IMG/VR virus record: IMGVR_UViG_3300025000_000083
Location: 1-64,000 of that record
DNA length: 64,000 nt
Reading direction: 5' to 3' (one strand)
DNA from: a virus
A program made the position numbers and the translations under genes. The notes beneath the pieces are model-generated. The model did no database searches. It had not been told where the DNA came from and saw only the letters and a list, made by a program, of their open reading frames with translations. Positions 27,353 through 37,616 of this stretch are shown piece by piece (within the stretch, counting starts at the first letter, position 1; every line of letters starts with the position of its first letter).

Positions 27353-28099
27353 TTAATTTTTATCTTTCTGACGCACTCGTCTTATTTTCCATGCTAATAC
27401 TAATTTTGTTTTTTGTTCTTGGGACATAGGGATTCCTTTATTATGAGCAGGGGTACCCTTACGTGCTTCACTTATCTTCTTTTTTATTTCATCTAACATA
27501 GGTCCTCGCTTTGGCATCTTATGAGATTTTCCTATTCTACAAAGACTTCTATTTATTAATGCCTGCCCAACTATTTTTCTTCCTTTATTTGCCTTAATTA
27601 TTGCTTGCCTGGTTTTTTCTGGCATTTTCCTTCCAAAATTAGGATGCTTATCTCCCTTAATAGATAATCCTCTTCTCTTTTTCCATTCCTCAGACTGTAT
27701 GCGTCCTTTGTTAGCTATACTCATTTTCCTTCTAACTTCTTCTGGTATTATCTTACCTCTATTAGCCTTTATTATTTTTTGCTTAGTTTCTTCAGTCATT
27801 TTGCGACCCAATGTACTTCCTGCTATTTTACATACATTAAAGTATGGCTGCAGAGTGTTAATATAGTATTGTTCTCTCTCAATAAGAAATTGAGGCAAAC
27901 AGGGTTCTATGATTGAAAAAATCAAATCATCAATCCCATATTTATCTGCATGATGTTGAAGTTTGGGATTATGATGAGTTTTTAGCCTAAGTTGTCTTTT
28001 GTGATCCGCCCATCTATTTTTATAATAAATAGCACTCCCAATGTAAATCCTTTCGGGCTTAACCTTGGATTGAATCTTATATATGACAGGAACGATCAT
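27353..28099 (-). CDS. GIY-YIG homing endonuclease with NUMOD3 repeats
   Basis: VIYKIQSKVKPERIYIGS, REQYYI, PYFN.CKIAGS. Confidence 0.9.
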   Translation of the reverse strand: MIVPVIYKIQSKVKPERIYIGSAIYYKNRWADHKRQLRLKTHHNPKLQHHADKYGIDDLIFSIIEPCLPQFLIEREQYYINTLQPYFNVCKIAGSTLGRKMTEETKQKIIKANRGKIIPEEVRRKMSIANKGRIQSEEWKKRRGLSIKGDKHPNFGRKMPEKTRQAIIKANKGRKIVGQALINRSLCRIGKSHKMPKRGPMLDEIKKKISEARKGTPAHNKGIPMSQEQKTKLVLAWKIRRVRQKDKN

Positions 28100-28200
28100 A
28101 ACTGAACTTATTAATGACACTGAACTTAAAAAAGATGGAAGAGCGTTCAGTAAACCCTTGTCATCGGGGGATCAATCCCGACTATCCATCTTCAAAGATA
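28100..28200 (-). ncRNA. Promoter plus type-A structured leader (copy 3)
   Basis: TATCTTTG; AAGATGGA-TAG-TCGGGATTGATCCCCCGA-TGACAA-GGGT..ACTGAAC-GCTC-T-TCCATCTT; GTTCAGT occurs twice downstream. Confidence 0.8.
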
Positions 28201-28203
28201 TAA

Positions 28204-28833
28204 CTATTTTTGGAATAATTTTATCCCTACTTTGACGGAATGAAAGTTCTCTGTGCCATACCTTTGATATAGGTAGCCTATATCGGTGTTCTTTTTGGTG
28301 ATGAAATCGAGTCCTCCTCCCCAGAGAAACGACTGTCCGTTACCCCCTGCGATACCATACCCGTATAGGCCACGTTGAGACACTTTAGAGATCACCTGTA
28401 CTTCAACGGGTACTGGATACGGAATTGAATCTGTTCGGTGTATAGTGGTCACGATTGGCTTGTATTCCCATTCTTTTGCCAGTAGCTTACCCTCGGTGAT
28501 GAAATGATACCTGACATCAATATCCTTCTGTACAAGGCTGTCTGAGTAGTTATAGATTGAATCAACAGGGTCATTATCGGTGATGTCTGATACTGGTATT
28601 CCCGGGATAAGGACTGGATCTCCTTTAAGATAAATGGTATCTATGTGAATTATTGGTGGTTTATTAGCTGCATCAATCATTGACTGCCAATCCGCTTTCT
28701 TCACTATTTTCTCGTCCTCTGCCGGACATGGTGGTTGTTTCTTGCATTCTCTTAAAAACAAAATATAGAGCACTGCTACTATCAGGAGTACGATTGCTCC
28801 ATTACCGATTAATTTCTGCCAAAATTCTTTCAT
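28204..28833 (-). CDS. Membrane-anchored lysis accessory protein (spanin-like)
   Basis: N-terminal TM, DTIY/DSI motifs, beta-rich C-terminus; next to the endolysin. Confidence 0.5.
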   Translation of the reverse strand: MKEFWQKLIGNGAIVLLIVAVLYILFLRECKKQPPCPAEDEKIVKKADWQSMIDAANKPPIIHIDTIYLKGDPVLIPGIPVSDITDNDPVDSIYNYSDSLVQKDIDVRYHFITEGKLLAKEWEYKPIVTTIHRTDSIPYPVPVEVQVISKVSQRGLYGYGIAGGNGQSFLWGGGLDFITKKNTDIGYLYQRYGTENFHSVKVGIKLFQK

Positions 28834-28838
28834 AGTTT

Positions 28839-29276
28839 TTATGGTTTAAATACATATACTTGCTGCCCTGTGTCTTGCACATCACAATGTACCCACGACA
28901 CCCCATCTTCAAGTCTTATCGGATACGGGATGATGTTCTTGTTCTTTATGAGCCACTGCCTGATCTCCTCTGCCACCATACCTTGCACGTCCAGATCAGC
29001 CCCTTGCCCTAACATGTGAGGTGACACATATAAACGCTTCTGAGTGATAGCTTTCTGCACCAATGAACACTGGATGCACCGATACCCCCTCTCATCAAAC
29101 TTGCCTCCGCTATCCCAACTGTTTATAAAGACAGGCTTGTTTAAGCGGTTTCTTATCCAATCAAGGGTGATGATCAGGCGTGGATCGAAGAACTGCCATG
29201 CAGTCTGCCCGAATCTGTCGAACACATCCTTGCATACAAGCTCCTCTATAATGAAGTTCTCTGCTATCAGTGCCAT
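28839..29276 (-). CDS. Endolysin, peptidase M15-like
   Basis: RGYRC, S.H..G.G.D, WVH.D Zn ligands. Confidence 0.8.
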   Translation of the reverse strand: MALIAENFIIEELVCKDVFDRFGQTAWQFFDPRLIITLDWIRNRLNKPVFINSWDSGGKFDERGYRCIQCSLVQKAITQKRLYVSPHMLGQGADLDVQGMVAEEIRQWLIKNKNIIPYPIRLEDGVSWVHCDVQDTGQQVYVFKP

Positions 29277-29278
29277 GG

Positions 29279-32200
29279 TTATTCTTCATAAAGTTTCTTC
29301 ACATAAAATTCTCTTGTGGTGTTCATCCTTGCTCTTTCCCATGCAAGGTTAAATGTTTCTTCAAGGAGAGTTCCTTCTTTATTCATGTCATAAGGTTTTT
29401 TAGATTGCTGGCTTTGATATTTGTCCTTAGTCTCACCAAGTAATCTCTTTACCTCTTTGCCATAGTTCTCAATAAATTTCTCATTGTAGAGCCTTGACTT
29501 CTCCATGCTCAGATCAATGGGCTTGAATCCGTCTGCGGTAATTCTTACTTTCTGATCAACATCCTTAAATCCTCCAAATTCCCTGATGTTATCAAAGATG
29601 ACTTTATTATCCTTCCTTAACATCTGCCAATATGGACTGTATAAGTTCTGCTGCTGCTTAAGGTCTCCCCTGACATCCTTCTTTTCATCCCTCATCTTCT
29701 CGATGATCTCATCCATGCCCTTCCCATAATCAAAGAACTCCTCTTTTTCATAAGCCTCCTTAAATTTGATGGCTGTCTCTTGAACAATATCATTCATGCG
29801 CTTTATCTCCAATTGTTTTTCTTTCATTGATAGCAGATCATCTTTCATTACTGCATATCCCGCATCTCTTATCCATGTCAATGATGCTCTGAAATTATTA
29901 ATTGCCGTGGAGTTGCCTTCATAGAATGAATACATCCTCTGATTGTCGGGGTCTGCCATTAGCTTATCCAACTTCTCATAATTCTCTGTCTTAACCAGAT
30001 TATTGAATGTGGAGTTAAGTTGCTCTACCTTATCAAGGGTTTCATAAAAATCAGATACATATCCACTCTGTAAGCCTACGGGTCTTTCTGTCAATAAGGC
30101 TTTGAATACAGGCATCCTACTGAGCATGGTGAATGAATCCTCTGGCTTCTTGTCAACCAATCCTGCTGCCTGTAATGTCTCATCAAGGATATTTACAGCA
30201 CCCATCCCTGCTCCTCCTGTATAACTCTTGACATAATGGTTTATCTTAACAGGAGACCAATTCAATGCCTCACCTATTTTTTTATATATCTCAGGAGTCG
30301 AATTGTAATATTGCTCAGAGGGTTTTAGCTTTTTCATGGACTCGGAAATAATAGGCTTCCCTGTATACCCTTGTTTATTTGCCCACATCTCAACTTCTGG
30401 TCTTATTATAAATGGGACAAGTTCTGTAATGTTGCCCACCGGAGAAAACTGTTTGAATAACTCATTTGGTAATTCCTCTACAACCCTATCATCATCAGCA
30501 ACCATGCTATCCATGAATGCTTCAATTGAGGATCCAAACACAACTCCAAAGAATCCTTTGGGCATTGGAAGGAAATGATCTGTTCCAGGTATCCTTATGT
30601 TGAACATCCCTACCCTTCTCCATGCTGGAAGCGATTGGTATAGTTTTCTTGATTCTTCGTCCTGATTATTCCACAGCCAGTTTACAAGTGCAGGAGCGGT
30701 TATAGCCATACCCTTCATAAATAGACTGCCGGGATTTTTCATGGCTTCCACGGTCATCCTTGCATGCTGTGCCCTTGCATTTAAGAAAGGGTACATCCCC
30801 AATACGGCTTTTACCCTTGCTCCATGTATCCCATAATCTGCAGACACATCACGAGACTCAATCGCTGCCTTCCATACATCGTTTGTTTTCTTATATGCGT
30901 TCTTGAAAGCACCTAACCTTGTGCCTATCTCCGATGCTCTGGATAAGTCCTGAAATGCTGCAAGCGGATTACGTTTGTATGTCTCCCATTTTCTATTGAG
31001 GGTTCTCCCGATCTTCTTTTTGGCATAATCTTTTTCCATCATCTGATCTGCAGACACAAGGAACGACTGATCTCCTCCACTTGCAAGCCATTTCTGATAT
31101 GCCTCATCCTTACCCATGAAAGATGCAATCCCTTTAATGAAATCAGTAGGCAGATAGTTATACTTTGAATAGAACCATGATGACTGCTGATCTCTGAATA
31201 TGTTCCTTATTGGGAATGTAGGATCATACACAACGGCACCTGCCTGTAACCATCTTGAAGGCAGACTTAATTTTCTAAATATCTCAGATACCTTTGCTTC
31301 CTGCTGAAATATCGGGTCGTAATATTCCGGTGCAACATCATAGTAATGCGCTTCACCTTTCTCCCATACACTTAGTATCCTTCCCTGCTTTGGCTTCTCC
31401 TTGGTGATAGTATAACGCATCTCTCCCGTCTCTACATCAAAGTATGCCTTGACCTGATTTGGAGGAATTTCTTCAATAATAGAGGTGTCTATTTTCTTGG
31501 AACGATTATATTTTTGGATGTCCATGAACGCATCCCTGACATTCGTTAAGAGAACATTTCTCTCTCCGGCAGCAAGTATCTGATAGGTGTTCTCAATCAT
31601 GCTCTGATAAATATCCTTGACCGCTTTCATAGACCCATGCCTTGCCCAAACTGCTTTTTCTGAAGTTGCAAGAACATCTTTCACCCCTATGTTCCGACCT
31701 CCACCTACTTCATATTCATCAAAAACTCTCTTTAATGGAACATAATATTCGTGCTGTGACTTAATAAGTTTCACGGTTTCCTGAGACATCTTTCCGGTTT
31801 CAACATAAAAGTCCAATAATGCCTCGTTATATCTTTGAATCTTTTCCTGAAAGTCTAATAAGTCCTTTCTCCCGTATTGCTTCTCCCATAACTCAATAGC
31901 CTTATTTGCCAATTCGGATGACATTACTGCTTTTTCAGGATGGCCTTGCTTATAAGCCTCCATACTATCCATAGCAAGAAGATAACCTCTGTAATCCATA
32001 TCTTTTGCCGTTCCTATTATCGGTTTAAGTACAGACACTAATCCTTCAATATCCTTTCTTATCTTAATGTCATTCCCATTTCTTAAATAGGGGTGGTGCA
32101 GTAGCCATTGTTGAGCCCTCCCGTCAATACCCATCATTGTCTTGGCAGATATTAACGGGTCTTTGCTCGTACTGTAACCCGAACCAACAATTTTTTTCCA

Positions 32201-35200
32201 TGGAGCAGCTAATTTCTGATCCATGTGTTGCAGATGATTCACCCATGAATAAAGAATCTCATCCTTATCAAGTTTTATTATGCCATCAAGAAATGAAGGT
32301 TTCTCCTCTTTCTCTGCAAACAATGATAAAACTTTTGTTCTTGGATCCTGTGCATCATACCTATTCCAATCCGTTCTTGCCTGAGTAAGTGCATTTTTAA
32401 TCTCCGGTGCGTTCTCAATTAATTTTTCAAACCAAGCATAGAACTTTGGAGTAACCTGCTTAACCTGATCAGGATTGATCACATAGTCCTTCACAAACTC
32501 AGCGATAGCCTCAGTCCTTTTCTCTGATGGATAACCTACATATTTAAGGTAGTCTGTTAATTCTTTCTTAAACTCAGCCCTCTGCATCACTCCATCAACT
32601 ATCTCGTCTCCATGTTTCTCCCTGAGTGTAACGAGTCTTGAATCTCTTGCTTTTAATTGGATGGTGAGTTTTCCAATAAGATCATTTGCCTTTGGTGATT
32701 TTATCCTCCCTTTCGTCACGTCTGCATTTATAGCATCCTCGGTCTTGTATGTCCTTCCTTTATACTTAACTCCGGGGATTTTTACTGCGGCAGTAACATC
32801 AGCAAATCTATCTCCCTCAACCTTTGATCTATGGCCAATAACTCCACGAATGTCAAAAGCAAACTGATCTATGTAGTGACCTATCTCATGGGCTAATACC
32901 CTGACATCACTGATATTCTTAACCCTGATGACTCCACTCTGAGAATTGAATATCCCTGCTGCCTTCCGCATAAACCTCTTGATCATTCCGGTTCTGACCT
33001 GTTCTCCCTCAGTCTTGCCTATGTTCTTTACAAGTCCTCTGCCCATATTACGAAGTGACATGGCATTATTCAAATCACTTGACTTATAATTCGGGTCTTC
33101 TGTTGTCGATACGGGCAATGGCTGATCCCATGCAAGTTCTTCTGGATTGTCTGTTTTGGGTTCTGTCTTTAGTTTCTTCTGTCCTTTTGCCCTTGGTGCT
33201 GATGGGAATCCTTCTACCTTCCCCCCTTTGCCTCCCTTTTTAGGTGGTGGAGGATTAAGATTATTCACATCCTCCCTGATCTGCTTTGACTCATCAAAGG
33301 TTATCTCTCCCCTGTCAATAGCCTCCAATACTTCATCTACGGATTGGTAGGTTTTGTCTTTAAAGGTGACTCCGTTCTTTTCTACTTTTGCGGCAATAGG
33401 TTTTGCCTCACCTTCTGTTTCAACTGGTTTAACATCTGTCTCTGTGCCTCCTGAAACGATATTCCCTTCTTCTTTGCCAGTAGTAATGTCTCCTTGGTTT
33501 GGTTTTTCATTGGTGTCTGATTTTATTCCTTCGGTTCCTTTTTCTTTGCCGCCTTCAACATCGCCAGTAGCGTTAGCAAGGTAGTCTTCTTCGGCTGTTC
33601 TGGACTCTTGTTCTGCTTTTCTGATGTACTCTGTGATTTCATCATATTCGATTTTAGTTATTAATCCTTTTTCAAGTGCCTTATCTGCATCGGTGTATGA
33701 GTAATTATCAAGTTCTGCACGGTTTCTCTTTATCAAATCCTCCCTCTCTGCACGTATATCATCACGGGATATTGATACCTTGGACTTTCCTTCTGCATTC
33801 CAGATGTCAATACCTCCATGCTCTTTATACATGCGTTCAAGTTCATTCAATGCCTGTGCTGATGCGGTGGATTTCTTTCCTTCTTTGATGTCACGGAATG
33901 CCTGAGCCCTCTGTTCATTACTCAGACCGCCTATCATCACACCATAGAGATCGGGGTTCGTATCGAATACATCCGCAACATACTTCTGAAACTCAGCATC
34001 TCTCTCTGAGAGTGGCTTCTGTGATTCAATCTTAACCTTATCAACCTTTGTCGGGTCTTTTCTGAGAGCAAGAAATTTGCCATCTTTGATAACACCTACC
34101 TTCCACTCATCGCCCTCTTTTACTTCATATCCAAGTCTCTTTGCATTTACCCTTATGGTGTTTGCCTGTAAAGCATTTTTCTTCTTCTGTGATGCGGATA
34201 AGATGCTATAACTACGTGCTGCGTCAATAAGTTCATTCTTTTCAAGTTCTTTCTGGGGTGTCTTAACAAGTCCTGTCTCAACGGGTTCCTCTTTGCCTTT
34301 CTGCTTAGACTTTATCTCGGCTTTTTTGTTCTCCGTCCATTCATTGATTGCCTTAACAGTCTCGGGTGACGGCCATGAATTGACCTCTCTGTCAAACCAC
34401 CTCTCATCAACTTCACCGCTCTTTTTATCAATGGCAACATCTTCCAGATAGGTAGCAAGTTCCTTCTTGTCAGCAAATGACTTGTCACCTAATGCCAATT
34501 TCTCATCAGTTACTTCTTCCGGTGCTTTCTCTGACTTCTTCTCCTTCTTGGGTGCATAATCCTCCAATGGCTTGCTTAAAGTAGTTTCAAGTGCCTTATT
34601 CTGTTCCTCGATCTGAGTTGTGATAGACTGTACCTTTGCATCTTTTATCTTCTGATCGGTGCTGGTATCTTCCTGCCAATACTGCAACTCGGATTCCTTT
34701 TTCCTGATGTCATCCACAATCGGCTCTGCTTCTGTAATACGTGGGTCGGCTTCCTTTACTGTGGTGTTGATCTTGTCAGTCCATATCTTTTTTTCCTTTG
34801 CAGATAGCTTCGGGTCATTCTGTATGTTATCAATGAATGCCTTGGGATTCTTTACTATTTCCTGAGTCATGGCATTTACGCTGATGATGTTGTCAATGGA
34901 TGTCTTTTCATCAAGTAACTTCTTTTTCAGTTCTGGATCAGTTTCCTTTTCATACTCATTCCACAACTCATCAGACTGCTTCCGTAACTTCATCGGGTCA
35001 ACCTGCATCTTGGATATTGTCTTGATGGCATTATCCGTGGTGGTCAGGTATGAAATGTACGACCTGTGAGCAATAGACCTGTTCATAGCCTCCATGCCAA
35101 TATCATATCCTGAGAATAAGCCTCCCATTATAGCTCCTTCCATGAATGTACCTCCCTTTAACTTTGAATCGGCACCGAACATTATGCTATTTGCAAGTCC

Positions 35201-36316
35201 TTTTGATGTTGACGATAATGTTTGTCCTCCTCCAAGTTCCTTTACGAGTTGACCTACACGTCCTGCTACAATTCCCATACCTTCATAGGTTAGCCCATTG
35301 GCAATACCTTCGGCTGTAGATAATGCTACCTTGCCCGGAGATTTCCCTGTTCTTGCAGCCTCTCCTCCTTCCATTACACCTAAATATGCAGGGAATAATG
35401 GAGTTCTTTCCATTCCATATTTTGCTAATGATGCAAGTTTGGGGGTCGGAGGCGTTTTTATAGCCATAAGATCAAACAAAATACTCCCTGTAGATGCAAG
35501 GGTTTTTCCAATAAGATCATTCGGTATTGCTTCGGGATTCCCCGCTTTTTCAAGGGCATTTGCAAGTAATTCATAATCATCCTTAGCAAAAGCACCTAAT
35601 AGTGGCACATTAGAAAACGCACTTCGTAAATATTGTTCTGAAATGCCCTCTTTCTTTCCTGATGCCTTTTCAACTAAATATGCTGCGGATTCAATAGGAC
35701 TTGTAACTGCATTACCGATTATTCTTATGGCTTGTGCGGCTCTCTGATTAAAGCCTTGTGGCAATGCGGTAAGATATGCTTGTATTGTAGGTTTCTCCTC
35801 TTTTACTTCGGGTGACTTCAATAGTCCTTTTGCCAGAACATCCTCTATGGTAGTCTGAGGATAGCCTGATGAATCGGGTGTTTTTAATGATGTGTCGGGT
35901 TTGATGAACTTGCTGAAGTCTGTTTCTTCGGGTGCAGGCATCGTGTCTAATGCGTGACCTACTACATCACGTGGCTCATTAAACTTAAAGTTTGCCAGTT
36001 CAGACGGTGATGGCTTCTTGCTTACTTCGGGTTTCTCTTTTGGGGAAGAATCCTCGCCAAAAACTTCGAGAACCAAGTCTTTGCCAAAGCCAAGAGTCTT
36101 GTATAAGTCTTTTTTTTTTAATCCTAATGTCTCGGAAAAACTCTCATAGGTATCAGGAGCATCAAACTTATTAGCCTTCAGATAGTCATAATACTGTTTT
36201 GCATTTGCCTCATCAGCCAATGTTGAAGAGAATGATTCGTAGGTACTCGGCACATCTGCTTTTGCAGTTACCAAATAGTCGTAATACTTTCGTAAGTTGT
36301 CATCTTTTACTTCCAT
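29279..36316 (-). CDS. Large polyvalent internal/ejection protein (zincin-like HExxH plus LPD38-like C-terminus)
   Basis: LAHEIGHYID..EAIAEF; PFLNA..Q, PMPK.F, E..ANK..TG.PI, SP.KI.H....YTGG. Confidence 0.75.
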   Translation of the reverse strand: MEVKDDNLRKYYDYLVTAKADVPSTYESFSSTLADEANAKQYYDYLKANKFDAPDTYESFSETLGLKKKDLYKTLGFGKDLVLEVFGEDSSPKEKPEVSKKPSPSELANFKFNEPRDVVGHALDTMPAPEETDFSKFIKPDTSLKTPDSSGYPQTTIEDVLAKGLLKSPEVKEEKPTIQAYLTALPQGFNQRAAQAIRIIGNAVTSPIESAAYLVEKASGKKEGISEQYLRSAFSNVPLLGAFAKDDYELLANALEKAGNPEAIPNDLIGKTLASTGSILFDLMAIKTPPTPKLASLAKYGMERTPLFPAYLGVMEGGEAARTGKSPGKVALSTAEGIANGLTYEGMGIVAGRVGQLVKELGGGQTLSSTSKGLANSIMFGADSKLKGGTFMEGAIMGGLFSGYDIGMEAMNRSIAHRSYISYLTTTDNAIKTISKMQVDPMKLRKQSDELWNEYEKETDPELKKKLLDEKTSIDNIISVNAMTQEIVKNPKAFIDNIQNDPKLSAKEKKIWTDKINTTVKEADPRITEAEPIVDDIRKKESELQYWQEDTSTDQKIKDAKVQSITTQIEEQNKALETTLSKPLEDYAPKKEKKSEKAPEEVTDEKLALGDKSFADKKELATYLEDVAIDKKSGEVDERWFDREVNSWPSPETVKAINEWTENKKAEIKSKQKGKEEPVETGLVKTPQKELEKNELIDAARSYSILSASQKKKNALQANTIRVNAKRLGYEVKEGDEWKVGVIKDGKFLALRKDPTKVDKVKIESQKPLSERDAEFQKYVADVFDTNPDLYGVMIGGLSNEQRAQAFRDIKEGKKSTASAQALNELERMYKEHGGIDIWNAEGKSKVSISRDDIRAEREDLIKRNRAELDNYSYTDADKALEKGLITKIEYDEITEYIRKAEQESRTAEEDYLANATGDVEGGKEKGTEGIKSDTNEKPNQGDITTGKEEGNIVSGGTETDVKPVETEGEAKPIAAKVEKNGVTFKDKTYQSVDEVLEAIDRGEITFDESKQIREDVNNLNPPPPKKGGKGGKVEGFPSAPRAKGQKKLKTEPKTDNPEELAWDQPLPVSTTEDPNYKSSDLNNAMSLRNMGRGLVKNIGKTEGEQVRTGMIKRFMRKAAGIFNSQSGVIRVKNISDVRVLAHEIGHYIDQFAFDIRGVIGHRSKVEGDRFADVTAAVKIPGVKYKGRTYKTEDAINADVTKGRIKSPKANDLIGKLTIQLKARDSRLVTLREKHGDEIVDGVMQRAEFKKELTDYLKYVGYPSEKRTEAIAEFVKDYVINPDQVKQVTPKFYAWFEKLIENAPEIKNALTQARTDWNRYDAQDPRTKVLSLFAEKEEKPSFLDGIIKLDKDEILYSWVNHLQHMDQKLAAPWKKIVGSGYSTSKDPLISAKTMMGIDGRAQQWLLHHPYLRNGNDIKIRKDIEGLVSVLKPIIGTAKDMDYRGYLLAMDSMEAYKQGHPEKAVMSSELANKAIELWEKQYGRKDLLDFQEKIQRYNEALLDFYVETGKMSQETVKLIKSQHEYYVPLKRVFDEYEVGGGRNIGVKDVLATSEKAVWARHGSMKAVKDIYQSMIENTYQILAAGERNVLLTNVRDAFMDIQKYNRSKKIDTSIIEEIPPNQVKAYFDVETGEMRYTITKEKPKQGRILSVWEKGEAHYYDVAPEYYDPIFQQEAKVSEIFRKLSLPSRWLQAGAVVYDPTFPIRNIFRDQQSSWFYSKYNYLPTDFIKGIASFMGKDEAYQKWLASGGDQSFLVSADQMMEKDYAKKKIGRTLNRKWETYKRNPLAAFQDLSRASEIGTRLGAFKNAYKKTNDVWKAAIESRDVSADYGIHGARVKAVLGMYPFLNARAQHARMTVEAMKNPGSLFMKGMAITAPALVNWLWNNQDEESRKLYQSLPAWRRVGMFNIRIPGTDHFLPMPKGFFGVVFGSSIEAFMDSMVADDDRVVEELPNELFKQFSPVGNITELVPFIIRPEVEMWANKQGYTGKPIISESMKKLKPSEQYYNSTPEIYKKIGEALNWSPVKINHYVKSYTGGAGMGAVNILDETLQAAGLVDKKPEDSFTMLSRMPVFKALLTERPVGLQSGYVSDFYETLDKVEQLNSTFNNLVKTENYEKLDKLMADPDNQRMYSFYEGNSTAINNFRASLTWIRDAGYAVMKDDLLSMKEKQLEIKRMNDIVQETAIKFKEAYEKEEFFDYGKGMDEIIEKMRDEKKDVRGDLKQQQNLYSPYWQMLRKDNKVIFDNIREFGGFKDVDQKVRITADGFKPIDLSMEKSRLYNEKFIENYGKEVKRLLGETKDKYQSQQSKKPYDMNKEGTLLEETFNLAWERARMNTTREFYVKKLYEE

Positions 36317-37611
36317 GTTATTCCGCTATTTTTAAGTACAGTGCCTCTTCCTATTGTCTTAGGGTCTTGCTTTCCATAGATGTCTTTCAACTTGCCTGCC
36401 TTGCCATCATCCTTTATTATTGGCAGATCACCAGCCTGATCACCTAATCGTTCACGTGGAACGGAGAATATTTGCTTTCTATACACTCCTGCTTCCTGTG
36501 AATCTGATGTTGATGTGAAAATAAATGAATCAGTCTTCGGGTCATAGAAGTTCAACTGAGCACTAACCAAGCCTCCTGCGTCTGTCACTTTCTCCCATTT
36601 ACCCCCCTGTAATACATCAGCACCAAGATCGCTCATGGGTATCCCAATAAAAGGTGTTCTTATGTTAAAATCATAATGCTCATCATAATCCCTGTCTCCA
36701 AGACGTACTTTCTGATCATTCCTCGCTGTGGGCTGCGCCTTCGCCTTCTGACTTCCAAATAAAGTGATATTAAGACCACCACCTTCATCCTTCTCCTGTA
36801 ATGCACGTGTCAGTTTTCCACTTGCTGCCCTGTTGTATCTGGCTACAAAGTAATCTTTAAGAGGTACTACCTTATACTTGGTATTTTTCGCTTTCTCTGC
36901 TTCCAATGCACGTAACTCCGGCTCTGGCATCCTTTCAAATAGTTTCACTAAATCTTCTTCTTGCGCCCTCTCCATATTTGCATTTGGCACTCCTGATTCG
37001 GGGTCAACCATTACCTGAGTGACATAATCTTTGTTGTCATCAACAAACTTATCCACATTACCAATGGTGGGTTTCATTACCAATGCGGTGTTTAAGATAG
37101 CATCTCTTCCTTCAAGGGTGTTGTTGTTAAGCCCTGCTGTTAAATTCTTCTGAGTAGCATCCCAATCAACAAATCGCTGATTCTCCGGCTTCTTAAACTC
37201 TTCTGCTCTCAGTTTTTCAATAACATCAATTTTTACCTTCTGTGCGTTTCGCAGATCAGCCATCTCCTTTGTCTTTGCCTGATAGTCGGTGAGTGCCTTA
37301 TATGCCATGACCTCTCCCTCTGTGGTAGGATTGACAAAGTTCACTCCCTTGGTGGCAAGTTCCATGTACATATCCTTGGCTTTCTGCTGACGTGACATGA
37401 CCTCCCTGAATCCCTCTTTGTCATTCCATCCGTCAAGGTCAATCATTAACTTATCGAGTCCCTTTGCGGTGTTTCTTTCAATCTCATCCTGACGTTCACG
37501 CTTGCGCTGATACTTAATTGCATTCTGCCTGCGAGCGAACTCAATAGGATCATGGGATGAATCACCAAGATAAGGTGCTGCCTGAAATGAGGGATCTACT
37601 GTCTTAGCCAT
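36307..37611 (-). CDS. Internal virion (ejection) protein
   Basis: Helical protein located before the giant protein. Confidence 0.55.
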   Translation of the reverse strand: MAKTVDPSFQAAPYLGDSSHDPIEFARRQNAIKYQRKRERQDEIERNTAKGLDKLMIDLDGWNDKEGFREVMSRQQKAKDMYMELATKGVNFVNPTTEGEVMAYKALTDYQAKTKEMADLRNAQKVKIDVIEKLRAEEFKKPENQRFVDWDATQKNLTAGLNNNTLEGRDAILNTALVMKPTIGNVDKFVDDNKDYVTQVMVDPESGVPNANMERAQEEDLVKLFERMPEPELRALEAEKAKNTKYKVVPLKDYFVARYNRAASGKLTRALQEKDEGGGLNITLFGSQKAKAQPTARNDQKVRLGDRDYDEHYDFNIRTPFIGIPMSDLGADVLQGGKWEKVTDAGGLVSAQLNFYDPKTDSFIFTSTSDSQEAGVYRKQIFSVPRERLGDQAGDLPIIKDDGKAGKLKDIYGKQDPKTIGRGTVLKNSGITWK

Positions 37612-37616
37612 GGTGT

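Noticed and set aside
3141-28200. Group I introns or inteins housing the endonucleases
   Set aside because: Flanking genes are complete, the leaders are only 100-140 nt, and TerL and the helicase show no intein motifs
28100-28200. Hammerhead or twister ribozyme reading of the type-A leader
   Set aside because: No CUGANGA/GAAA core or twister consensus in all three copies; another ribozyme class is not excluded
29279-36316. crAss virion RNA polymerase
   Set aside because: No DxDxD catalytic motif was recognised; features fit an LPD38-type polyvalent protein
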